DNA of 63,441 bases, counting the filler, from Octopus bimaculoides (taxonomy: Eukaryota), in the NCBI RefSeq assembly GCF_001194135.2. It is 12 parts of 11 records of this genome, joined end to end, with 100 filler letters (N's around TTAATTAATTAA, not from the genome) between each part and the next. Parts side by side here need not be neighbours in the genome. Positions count along the whole stretch, not along the records: positions 33,290 to 38,372 come from NC_068984.1; positions 38,473 to 44,898 come from NC_069009.1; positions 44,999 to 47,957 come from NC_068990.1; positions 48,058 to 53,918 come from NC_068984.1; 8 more parts are not named here. One strand, 5' to 3'. The notes under the pieces were generated by a model that was given only the letters and a program-made list of their open reading frames with translations, ran no database searches and had not been told where the DNA came from. Numbering within the stretch: the first letter of the stretch is position 1; every line of letters starts with the position of its first letter. Shown here piece after piece: positions 36,389 to 48,119 of this stretch. Both the position numbers and the translations under genes were made by a program.

Positions 36389-38472
36389 AACCGACTCGTA
36401 CATTACAAATACAATCTGTAAGCGGAACAGCAAAACCACGCAAAACTACGCAAAACTACGTAAAACTTTCCTCAATTTGAAAATGAGAGATTGTTTTCGT
36501 TATTTACACTCCAACGATGGAACTTAGTACCATCGTCAGACACCGGCTCCTTCTTCACAGAAAGAATTGAAATGATAAAATACAGAAAAGAGCATTCATA
36601 CATTTTTTGTTGTTATATTTTATCCTTTACTGGTTTCAGTCAATAGACTACTACCGTGCTCGAGTACTGCCTTGAAGAATTGCTTGTCGAATGAATGGGC
36701 CCCAGGACTTTTTTTTAAGTCTGGTACTTATTCTATCAGTCACTTTTTGACGAACCGTTAAGTTACGGGAACTTGAACACATCAACACCGATTGTCAAGC
36801 GGTTGTTTTACCGGTCGTGAAACGGTTTATTAATTTTGACAAAGGAAATTTTGCTGTTGACTTCGAAGTATCGACTTACTCGCCTTCATCAGGCTATCTG
36901 AACAAGGTGAGCAAACCGTAACTTCGAAATCCCTGTCAACCTTTTCCTAATAAATATATATTCTATTACAAAGTATTGAATAATTCCTCAGTTTAATGTT
37001 AAATTGTTATTATATCAAACGTAACAAAACAAAAATGAGTATATTTATAGAATTTTGTGTATAGTAACATTGTTTTTGGAGAAATAACTGGTTCCGTATT
37101 TTCTTATTAAATTTCTCAAATTTCGTTACCGATATTGTATCATCTCTGCGCTATGATTTGAAGAATGAGAGTTCCAGACAAGGGAAGGTAATCAGGGGGG
37201 TTTTCGGTACATACATATGTATGTTTTCTCAAAACAATTTGAAAAACCTACACGACTAGGTGAAAAGCGCTTCATTTAATATGTGACATTAATAAAAATC
37301 TGTAAATGTACAAACATCCAGGTTTCTGAGTACCTTAATTTTTTTTATATATAATTTCTGTACATCACCTCCAAACCTTCAAATATATATATATATATAT
37401 ATGTACGTATGTATGTATGTTAGTATGTATGTATGCATATATGAATATATGGATGTGATAAAACTAAAGGAATGGATCATTCACTTAGCTGTTGCAGGAT
37501 AGGTCATCCTTCAAATATCCAAGCAATTGCTATGTGACTGGTGTCTGTTCAGGGGGTCTGTTTCTCTTTCCCTCTCTCAAATTAGTGATTATTACTGTGT
37601 CTAATATAATTTGCATTAACATTGTAACAGTTTATTAATTCATAATTTGATTCATGTTGCTATTTGTTACATAAACAATGAACCAAAGTGTGCTACTCAG
37701 CGGTGTTGAACGCTAATAAAATTAGCCATCTTGATTGGCGAGTTATATTGTGGAGATAAAATCGTATGAATCAGTGACAGAAAATAGTTTAAATTAGAAC
37801 AATCAGCAACGATCTTTCAGTGAGCGACCGAAGCATACTTCGTTCTCAATGATTAGGATTATTATCTTTACATGATTTTAATGGGTTTTTACATCAAATA
37901 TAAGTTGGTGAATTCACAGAATAGTTAGCAAATTACACAAATATTTAGTAGTATTTCTTCCAGCTCGTTACGTTATGAGTTCAAAACTAGCCAAGGTCAA
38001 TTTTGCCTTTTGTCCTTTCGCGGTCAATAAAATAAAGTTATAGTAGAGTAGTGGGGTTGATATATTCGACTTTCCCCCCCCACCTCACACCACATATCAA
38101 AATTGCTGGCATTTAATGCTGCAACAACTCGGTGTCTCGTTCAGGAGAGTGCTGGGATCTCGACCCACTCGAATGCGATTGGAAACTGTGTACCGGCTTT
38201 ATGAGTCCCAAGGTCCAAGAAAAATTATTTTAAAAAAATCTTCAAATGCGGTTTAATTCAACGTAGAACTTACTCAAAGTAGGTGAAGCAAAATTAAATA
38301 TTTTAAACTTCACCTTAATTAAGAAGCTATTAAAATCTTTTTTGTCTCTTCATATACATATATACGTATGCANNNNNNNNNNNNNNNNNNNNNNNNNNNN
38401 NNNNNNNNNNNNNNNNTTAATTAATTAANNNNNNNNNNNNNNNNNNNNNNNNNNNNNNNNNNNNNNNNNNNN

Positions 38473-39090
38473 CTAGACCTGATAGAAGTAGCAACTGGAT
38501 GTCCCTCAAATCACAGCCCACTGTCTTATCTATGTATATATGTGTGTATGAGGCTGAGAGGGGAAACCTCTTCATGGTAGCTAGACCTGGTAGAAATAGC
38601 AACCAAATCTCCCTCAAATCACACCCTACTGTCTTATGTATGTATATATGAGTATATGAGTCAATGAGGGAGATCTCTACATGGTAGCTAGACCTGATAG
38701 AAGTAGCAACTGGATGTCCCTCAAATCACAGCCCACTGTCTTATGTATGTATATATGTGTGTATGAGGCTGAGAGGGGAAACCTCTTCATGGTAACTAGA
38801 CCTGGTAGAAATATCAACCAAAATAGCAACCAAATCTCCCTCAAATCACACCCTATTGTCTTATGTATGTATATATGAGTATATGAGTCAATGAGGGAGA
38901 TCTCTACATGGTAGCTAGACCTGGTAGAAATAATGTCCCTCAAATCACAGCCCACTGTCTTATGTATGTATATATGTGTGTATGAGGCTGAGAGGGGAAA
39001 CCTCTTCATGGTAGCTAGACCTGGTAGAAATAGCAACCAAATCTCCCTCAAATCACACCCCACTGTCGTATATATGTATGTATGAGCCAA
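38473..39090. repeat. Tandem array of ~107-bp family D monomers with alternating A/B higher-order structure
   Basis: Units start CTAGACC at 38473, 38581, 38688, 38796, 38915 and 39015. A units carry CAGCCCAC/GGCTGAGAGGGG and B units carry CACCCTA/GAGTCAATGAGGG. Confidence 0.9.
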
Positions 39091-39817
39091 TGTATAAGCC
39101 AATATGTATGTATAAAACACCTCCTCACTGGTATTACTGCTTATTTCCCTCTTAGACACACAACACAAAATCCAGGCATGGAATCATTCCCCCACACTCT
39201 ACAGGTGTAATTATATTTTAGTGATTAGTGACACGTCATCTAATTAGTATGATTGGACAGTGACTAGCACTGGAATGTTAATTGGTGTGATGATTACAAA
39301 GGGGTTAGGCTTAAAGAAATCCCCCAGCCTCACACCCCAGATAATAAGAGCAAGGAAGGGAGCAGCAGGGGTTAGTGGAGAAGGGTTGAACAAACCCTGG
39401 GGGGGGGGGGGTCCTTTGTTGATTCAGAAATGAGATGAGGTGTCATTAAGATAAAAAAGGGTGTTGATTCAGTGTATAGAGTAGAGGGGAAAAAAGGGTG
39501 AGACAGGGGTCAGTGTAGTTTTCATTTAACTACTAAGCTACACATTAGATAACGTAGTCCAAGATATACTATGTCTGAGTAATAGATGGGATGGTCACTG
39601 CTGAAACATCTATGATCATAGGTCGACTGGATCAACTGACCTGGGGCTAAACAACCACTACAAAAAAAGCTATAGCCACTTATACTATTTACTGTACAGT
39701 ACATTAGATAATGTAGTCCTAGATACACTATGACTGAATAAAAGATGGGATGGTCACAAAAATTTCAGCCCAAATGCATATAGCTGAAAAGATTACCACT
39801 ACTACTATTACTACTAT

Positions 39818-39852
<35 letters not shown>

Positions 39853-39892
39853 TTATTATTATTATTATCATTATTATTATTATTATTATTAT

Positions 39893-40098
39893 TAAGGCAG
39901 TGAGCTGGCAGAGTCTTTAGCATGCCTGGCAAAACGCTTTCATCTGTCTTCACATTCTGTGTTCAAATTCCACCGAGGTCAACTTTGCCTTTTACTCTTT
40001 TGAGGTTGATAAATTAAGTACCAGCGAGACACTGGGGGTCGATGTAATTGACTTAGCTCCTTCCCCAAATTTCAGTCCTTGTGCTTGTAGTAGAAAGG

Positions 40099-40100
<2 letters not shown>
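39893..40100 (+). mobile_element. SINE family A, CpG-depleted
   Basis: Full head AAGGCAGTGAGCTGGCAG, the core, and an (ATT)n tail. Confidence 0.85.
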
Positions 40101-40140
<40 letters not shown>

Positions 40141-40579
40141 GCTATTATTATTTGTACTAATATTTCATTTTTAAAAAGGACTCTGCAAAAAAAAAAAAAA
40201 AATAGGGGTTGAAAAGTATATTGAGTGGCAGAAGGGAGTGAAAGGGCTGTTTCTTGATAAATAATTATGGGCTTATTAAACTAAAGGACCTGTTACAAAG
40301 AAGGGGTAGGGAAAATAAGAAAGGGACAGGTGCACAGCTATAAATTAAAAGCATTTTTTTCAATATATTAGAGTAGCAAAGATGGTTGGGAGGCTGGGGT
40401 GACGGGTGATATATTAACAATATCTCAATTAACATATCTGACTCAGCAAATATTGTTTTTGTTGTTGTGAATATGTTGTATGTATGTGCTGATGAGGGAG
40501 ACCTCTCTATATGGTAGCTAGACCTTGTAGAAATAGCAGCCAAATCTCCCTCAAATTGCATCCTACTGTCTTACCTATC

Positions 40580-40925
40580 ATCATCATCATCATCATCATC
40601 ATCGTTTAACGTCCGCTTTCCATGCTAGCATGGGTTGGACGATTTGACTGAGGACTGGTGAAACCGGATGGCAACACCAGGCTCCAGTCTGATTTGGCAG
40701 AGTTTCTACAGCTGGATGCCCTTCCTAACGCCAACCACTCAGAGAGTGTAGTGGGTGCTTTTACGTGTCACCCGCACGAAAACGGCCACGCTCGAAATGG
40801 TGTCTTTTATGTGCCACCCGCACAAGAGCCAGTCCAAGGGCACCGGCAACGATCTCGCTCGAAAAACCTCGTGTCACTCGCACATGAGCCAGTCCAGGGG
40901 CACTGGCAAACGATCCCGCTCGGAA
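40580..40925 (-). mobile_element. SINE family C (GGAAGGGCATCC domain, internal ~60-70-bp subrepeats, (GAT)n tail)
   Basis: Shared with 41760-42065 (+), 44810-44898 (-), 59604-60058 (-) and 62550-62840 (+). It ends GCATGGAAAGCGGACGTTAAACGATGATG. Confidence 0.85.
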
Positions 40926-42330
40926 AAAAAAAAAAATGAATATATGAGCCAATGAGGGAAACCTCTACATGGTAGCTAGACCTGGTAAAAATAGCAACCA
41001 AATCGCCCTCAAATCACACCCTACTGTCTTATGTATGTTTATATGTATGAGTTGATGAGGGAGACCTTTACATGGTAGCTAGACCTGGTAGAAATAGCAG
41101 CCAAATCGCACTCAAATCACTGCATGCTGTCTTATGTATGTGTATGTGTATGTATGAGTCAATGAAGGAGACCTCTACATGTGTGTGTGTGTGTCTTTGT
41201 GCTTGTGTTTGTCCCCCGTCATTACTTGACAACCACTGTTGGTTTGTTTACATCCCTGTAAATTAGCATTTCAGCAAATGCAACTGATAAAATAAGTACT
41301 AGACATTTAAAAAAAAAAAAAAAAAAAAAACATCTGTGATCAATTAATTCAACTAAAAAACTTTTCAAGTCAGTGCCCCAGCATGGCCACAGTCTAATGA
41401 CTAAAACAAACAAAAGATATAATATAAACATTTGTTTTTCATATGTATTTGTTTGCTTAGAATAATGAAACCCCCTTAATCCCTTTTAAAAACATGTTAC
41501 TAAACTGGATTACTCATTGAAATAACTAAAGAGGGTTAGATACGTAATTTACTTAAGCCTGGTTTAATTAGTGAGTAAACCGGATTAATATAGATTAATA
41601 AAGACTGTATTTAGATGGTTTATGTTACAGAAATATTGTTATGCGTTTCATCTCTTTTGACTTTGTGTTAATGTTTTATTTTAAACAGTTTGCTGTGCCT
41701 GAGAAGACATGCTCAGCCAAGTAAGAGCATGGCTGTCTTAGCGTACAGGCTTGTCCCCTGCAACCCCCTCCAGTTGAGCATCCTAAATATTGCAGAGTCA
41801 TAGGTGCTGGTGCCATGTAAAAGGCATGTGTACCAATGCCGTGTAAATGCACTCTTGCTGGTGCTGCATAAAAGCACCTGGTCCGCTCTGTAAGGTCTAA
41901 CGACTGAAACAAGTATAAGATATAATATAAACATTTGGTTTATAGGAAGAGCATCCAGCCGTAGAAACCAAGCCAAAATAGACATGGACTTGAGGCAGCT
42001 CTGGTCACACCAAACAACCCATGCCAGCATGGAAAACAGACGTTGAACAATGATGATAATGATGATGATATTTCAAGAAGTTTGCTTCCAAACTACATGG
42101 TTCCAGGTTCAGTCCCACTACCCACCTTGTGTAAGACAATGCTGGAGGTGATGGTGGTCTGACATGAAGAGCTTGTTCAGAATGAGGTGAGGTTGTTAAG
42201 CTAAAATTGGAGTGCCATGGCACAGTCGTAACTGTGTGGTAAGAAGCTTGCTTTCCAAGCACATGGTTCTAGGTTCAATCTATGTACTGACAGTCAGGAC
42301 TTGGCCAAACCATTCAGCAACTGAGTAGTC

Positions 42331-42378
42331 ACCACTGATGAGCTTTAATTTCAAGCAAAACTAGAATTCTAGTATGAT
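42331..42378 (+). ncRNA. Decayed type I hammerhead ribozyme motif (G12A)
   Basis: CTGATGA at 42335-42341; stem II GCTT/AAGC; AAAA in place of GAAA (CG>CA); palindromic stem III ACTAGAATTCTAGT; GUA site; partial stem I ACCA/TGAT. Confidence 0.65.
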
Positions 42379-42553
42379 CTTGCTCGCTGTGGGGCAGTTA
42401 GCTCCCCTGTCAGTACATATACATGTGCTTCTTTGTGGCTAAGAGGGATTTTGACTCTTATTTCTAGCAATGTAGGTGCAATCCTGTACCATCACTCACA
42501 ATTAGTGACAACTGAATTCTTCCATTTTGGTTTTATATTGCCTATAGCCACCT

Positions 42554-42587
<34 letters not shown>

Positions 42588-42590
<3 letters not shown>

Positions 42591-42960
42591 TGTAGGAGTG
42601 ACAGTGTGGTAAGTAGCTTGCTTACGAACCACATGGTTCCGGGTTCAGTCCCACTGCGTGGTACCTTGGGCAAGTGTCTTCTACTATAGCCTTGGGCCAA
42701 CCAAAGCCTTGTGAGTGGATTTAGTAGACGGAAACTGAAAGAAGCCCGTCGTATATATGTATATGTATGTGTGTGTGTCTGTGTTTGTCCTCCCAACATC
42801 GATGGTGTGTTTAGGTCCCCGTAACCTAGCGGTTCGGCAAAAGGGACTGATAGAATAAGTACTAGGCTTACAAAGAATAAGTCCTGGGGTTGATTTGCTC
42901 GACTAAAGGTGGTGCTCCAGCAAGGCCACAGTCAAATAACTGAAACAAGTAAAAGAGTAA
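42588..42960 (+). mobile_element. SINE family B, full length (tRNA head, CORE-like CCTTGGGCAAGTGTC, internal microsatellite)
   Basis: A/B-box-like head GTGTGGTAAGTAGC...GGGTTCAGTCCC. The tail ends ACTGAAACAAGTAAAAGA. Confidence 0.88.
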
Positions 42961-42989
42961 GAATATATATATATATATAGATAGATAGT

Positions 42990-43495
42990 GTATTCTTTCA
43001 GTTTCCATCTACCACATCCACTCACATGGCTTTGGTTGAGCCAAGGTTATAAGATCTTTGCCCAAGGTGCCACACAGGGGGACTGAACCTGGAATCATTT
43101 GGTTAGGAAGCAAGCATCTTACCACACAGCTACGCATTCTTTTCCAAGTTAACACGCATTTTTTGAAACAGGCTGCTAACTTAGTCTGGGGTCTGCCTCT
43201 ACATGAGAATGCTTTAGTTTCTGTGTGTCTGTGTGTCTGTCTGTGAATTATGTGTTAGTCTTAGGGTTGTTTTAAAAAAAGTCAGACCCTCCCCCCTAAT
43301 GTCCCTGCTATCCGATTCCAAAGCTGGCACTTCAGTGAGTTACTCACATGATTCATTCGGATTATCATTAAAGAGGAATATTTTAAATACACTTCATACT
43401 TGACTTGTAAATGGAAAAGATTATTGCAGCAAACTGCTCAGGTTGCTTGCTAGGTTGAGTGGTTGCTAAAATTACAAAATAATAATAACAATAAC

Positions 43496-43536
<41 letters not shown>

Positions 43537-44085
43537 CAACAATAATAACAATAATAATAATAATTAATTTGTTTTATTGGCCACAAGGGTTAATATCAAT
43601 TAAAAACATGTAAGGACAAAGACAGGATGAAGGTTACAAAAGGTTTTGTCCGAAAAAGTAGAAAAACGTTCGTCTAAACAGAGGAAGAAAACGGAGAAAA
43701 GAATAATACTCTTTTACTTGTTTCAGTCATTTGACTGCGGTCATGCTGGAGCACCGCCTTTAGTCGAGCAAATCAACCCCAGGACTTATTCTTTGTAAGC
43801 CTAGTACTTATTCTATCGGTCTCTTTTTGCCGAACCACTAAGTTACGGGGAACGTAAACACACCAGCATCGGTTGTCAAGCGAGGTTGTGGGGGGACAAA
43901 CACAGATACACAACATATACACACATACATATATATATACATATATACGACGGGCTTCTTTCAGTTTCCTTTGGTCGGCCCGAGGCTATAGTAGAAGACA
44001 CTTGCCCAAGATGCCACGCAGTGGGACTGAACCCTGGACCATGTGGTTGGTAAGCTAGCTACTTACCACACAGCCACTCCTACGC
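42990..44085 (-). mobile_element. SINE family B copies on - (head at 42990-43140; full copy at 43700-44085)
   Basis: Reverse complements of 42588-42960. Confidence 0.85.
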
Positions 44086-44310
44086 CTAATGATTTCAAAT
44101 TTTGGCTCAAGGCCAGCAAGGTCTGGCGAAGGGGGTAAGTACTTATTTTACCGACCTCAAAAGAATGAAAGGCTAAGTTGACCTTGGCAGTATTTGAATT
44201 CAGAATGAAAAGACAAGTGAGATGCTGCTAGGCATTCTGCCTGGCAAGCTAACCATTCTGCCAGCTCACCTCTTTATTTATCAATAATAATAATAATAAT
44301 GATAATAATG

Positions 44311-44353
<43 letters not shown>

Positions 44354-45004
44354 TAATCTTTTCTACTAAAGGCACAAGACCTGAAATTTGGGGTGAGGGG
44401 GGACTGGTACTTAATTTATCAACCCCGAAAGGATGAATGGTAATGTTGAGCTTGGCAGAATTTGAACTCAGAACTGCTAAGTTACAGGGACGTAAACAAA
44501 CCAACATCGGTTGTCAAGCAATTGTGGGGGGATAAATACAAACATACACACATAGATATAAATACATACATACATACATATGTGTGTGTGCCTTAATTCT
44601 TCGAAACGCCGGTGTTTTAATGGTGGCAGCTGATGAAGGAGATGTTTCTATGTGGCCTGCTTGTTTGTTGTACCTTGTTTACCTTTTTTGTCCTTGTTCT
44701 TTTGCCACGTCATGTACCCAGTTATGTATCTATATGTGCATGTGGATGAACGTATATACATACATGTACATATATATGCATATACTCATATATTGTTTAT
44801 ATATATATATCATCATCATCATCATCATCATCATCATCGTTTAACGTCCGCTTTCCATGCTAGCATGGGTTGGACGATTTGACTGAGGACTGGTGAAANN
44901 NNNNNNNNNNNNNNNNNNNNNNNNNNNNNNNNNNNNNNNNNNTTAATTAATTAANNNNNNNNNNNNNNNNNNNNNNNNNNNNNNNNNNNNNNNNNNNNTA
45001 TATA

Positions 45005-45035
<31 letters not shown>

Positions 45036-45530
45036 GGAGAAATCACAAAAAACAACAGACGGAAACAGGTGGTGTAGAAAACAAACAGATATATTAGTAT
45101 AACACTCGGGAATTGAAAAAGTCTTTAAATTATGAGACTACGCTCTTCCACAGAAAGGAACACAGAAAGAAACAAGGAGAGACAAAAAACGTGTGTAGTG
45201 GTTAGCGATCTATCATGCCGAATATATATATATATATATATATTGTTTCTTCATATGAACAAGGTTTTCATATAGAAGACAGACTTCTCTATAATTCAGG
45301 AATTGGAATTATGCTTTTTAATGAAAGGTTTCCACTATTATAGTTCCATTTCTACATCTACAGTATGTATGTAGAGGCGGATAACTCGAAGTGTGCATTG
45401 AATATATATTTTTTCACAGAGATAATACAAAGAAGGCAGAGGTAAAAATGAAACACCGGAATAAATGATGATAGCTGGACGAAGATGGTTAGACGGGTCA
45501 ATTTTAAGTACTGAAGAAAAAGTGTGACGA

Positions 45531-45610
<80 letters not shown>

Positions 45611-46449
45611 NNNNNNNNNNNNNNNNNNNNNNNNNNNNNNNNNNNNNNNNNNNNNNNNNNNNNNNNNNNNNNNNNNNNNNNNNNNNNNNNNNNNNNNNNN
45701 NNNNNNNNNNNNNNNNNNNNNNNNNNNNNNNNNNNNNNNNNNNNNNNNNNNNNNNNNNNNNNNNNNNNNNNNNNNNNNNNNNNNNNNNNNNNNNNNNNNN
45801 NNNNNNNNNNNNNNNNNNNNNNNNNNNNNNNNNNNNNNNNNNNNNNNNNNNNNNNNNNNNNNNNNNNNNNNNNNNNNNNNNNNNNNNNNNNNNNNNNNNN
45901 NNNNNNNNNNNNNNNNNNNNNNNNNNNNNNNNNNNNNNNNNNNNNNNNNNNNNNNNNNNNNNNNNNNNNNNNNNNNGAGGAAGGAGAGAAGAAGAAGAAG
46001 AAAAAGAAGGAGGAGGAGGAGAAGAAGAAGAAGAAGAAGAAGAAGAAGAAGAAGAAGAAGAAGAAGAAGAAGAAGAAGAAGAAGAAGAAGAAGAACTTTA
46101 ACTGAGGCTTGTTGGACTATTCATTAACGCTTGTGACATTGTCCTGCAATCCAATTGCATGGTGGACATTACAAGCGCTTTTGAAGTTTCTTCAGCAGTT
46201 TCATGTGACGTCAGTATAGTATCCAAGCGGAGAGCATGAAGGTATTTTAAACATTTAATTTCGAGTATTCACGAAATGGCATTGTGTAGCAGTACTTTGA
46301 TATGGCATCTTTCCAGAACCTGTCTACCTTTCTGTGTAATGAACGACTACATACGCAGATGCACATAAGTCTATGCATACATGTTCACTCACGTATTTTC
46401 ACATCCTCTCACAGTGAAAACCACTCACAAACATATACACACCTATATA

Positions 46450-47334
46450 TGTGGTCTGACCAATAAGTGATGGGCTGTTGCCATAGTAACGAAGTTTAAG
46501 CTCGCAGAGTGAAGCCGCTTTGCACAGATTGACCTTGAAATCTGTTGTGCACGGGTATTAAGTTTTAACATTCTAGCTCACTCTGCTGTTTACAGCAGTG
46601 CTTGGAAGTAACGTGTGTAACGTATGATCGTCGCATTGAGCATGACAGAGAGAGTTGAGCAGAAAATCTGCATCAAATTATGCCAAAAGCTTGCCGATAC
46701 CTGCTCAGAGGCCTACGCAAAGTTTTCAAAAGGTTTTCATCGTTCTTGAAATATACAAGGATATCTTGTGCAACTGAAACCCGAGTGTCTTTTTGGCCAA
46801 ATGAAAGCAGTTTTAGCACAAGCTTGGCAGATACGCGTTTCATACCTAAATGATAATGGACTGAACTGAACAGTAAATAATCACCACGTCCTCTGGGAAC
46901 TCACAGATGGTAATTCCTCGAATTCCCCGCGCAGCTTCACATATATCTGCGATGTTTTTCTCCGTTCTGCTGGTTGCAGGTCTTCCAGAACGTTCGTCAC
47001 TATAGACATTTTTTCTGTCATCTTGGAATCGTCTGAACTACACATACACTCCTGTGCGGCTCATACACTCCTCTCCATACATTTTCAACAACTTTACGTA
47101 GGTCTCTTAGCAGGTATCACCATGACAACTTTCTCTGCTATAGTCAATGCGACGATCACACGATAGACAACTTCCTTCCAAGCACTACTGTAGACAGCGG
47201 AAGTGAGGTAGAACGCTAAAACTTAGTGTGCATGCACAGCAGAATTAAAGTCAATCTGTGCCGAGCGGCTTTACACTGCGTGCTTTAGCTTCGTTACTAT
47301 GGCAACAGTCTGGATACTTATTGATCATACCTCG
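46450..47334 (-). mobile_element. Non-autonomous mariner derivative with ~250-bp inverted arms
   Basis: TA-flanked termini (TGTGGTCTGACCAATAAG / CTTATTGATCATACCTCG). Minus-strand transposase N-terminus reads ETYVKLLKMYGEECMSRTGVY..FRRF..DERSGRP..LGMKRVSAKLV. The other arm is an inverted copy of the same 5' end. Confidence 0.88.
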
Positions 47335-47870
47335 TATATATATATGTATGTATGCGTGTATATAAATATATATGCAGACACATCCACTCTTGTATACAAA
47401 CACACATACCCAAACAAACACTGATGAATACACACACGCACACACTCACGTACATATATGCGTGTGTATATATGTACAGACAGACAGACAGATGAATGGA
47501 TAGACAGATAGGTAGGGAAGATATTCTTAAAATTAGCTGCAGAAAATAAAATGGAAATGATAAGCGTTATATGTAAAGTAAAAACAAATATACAAATCAG
47601 AAGATTGACAGAGTAGAGTGTCATGATGAAATCTGTCTGTACTCTACACTGATACGCTTTTTCAATGCAAACACCTTCATACAAACACTTTTGGGAACAA
47701 ATATGTCATCAAATATAGTTGAGCTTGTGACAGCTTGTGTCCGGAAGCATAACATAGAAAAGTCTATGTGTATGTGTTGATGAATGTGTGTGCGAGCATG
47801 TGTCTGTTTATGCACCCCAAAATATATATATATAATCTCTATCTAATCTGTCTATCTATCTATCTATCTT

Positions 47871-47957
<87 letters not shown>

Positions 47958-48119
47958 NNNNNNNNNNNNNNNNNNNNNNNNNNNNNNNNNNNNNNNNNNN
48001 NTTAATTAATTAANNNNNNNNNNNNNNNNNNNNNNNNNNNNNNNNNNNNNNNNNNNNTAACTAGGGTAGATCAATGACATACATCGGATTTAATCACAAA
48101 ATATCCTGACAGACGGATA

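Noticed and set aside
36870-36897. Minus-strand CTGATGA-A-GGC..GTC-GATAC
   Set aside because: GAAA is broken and stems I and III are absent, so it is too degenerate to call.
40648-40668. CTGAGGA-CTGGT-GAAAC in SINE C (also 44882 and 59658)
   Set aside because: Only 5 nt lie between the half-cores, so stem II cannot form, and it is antisense to the SINE.
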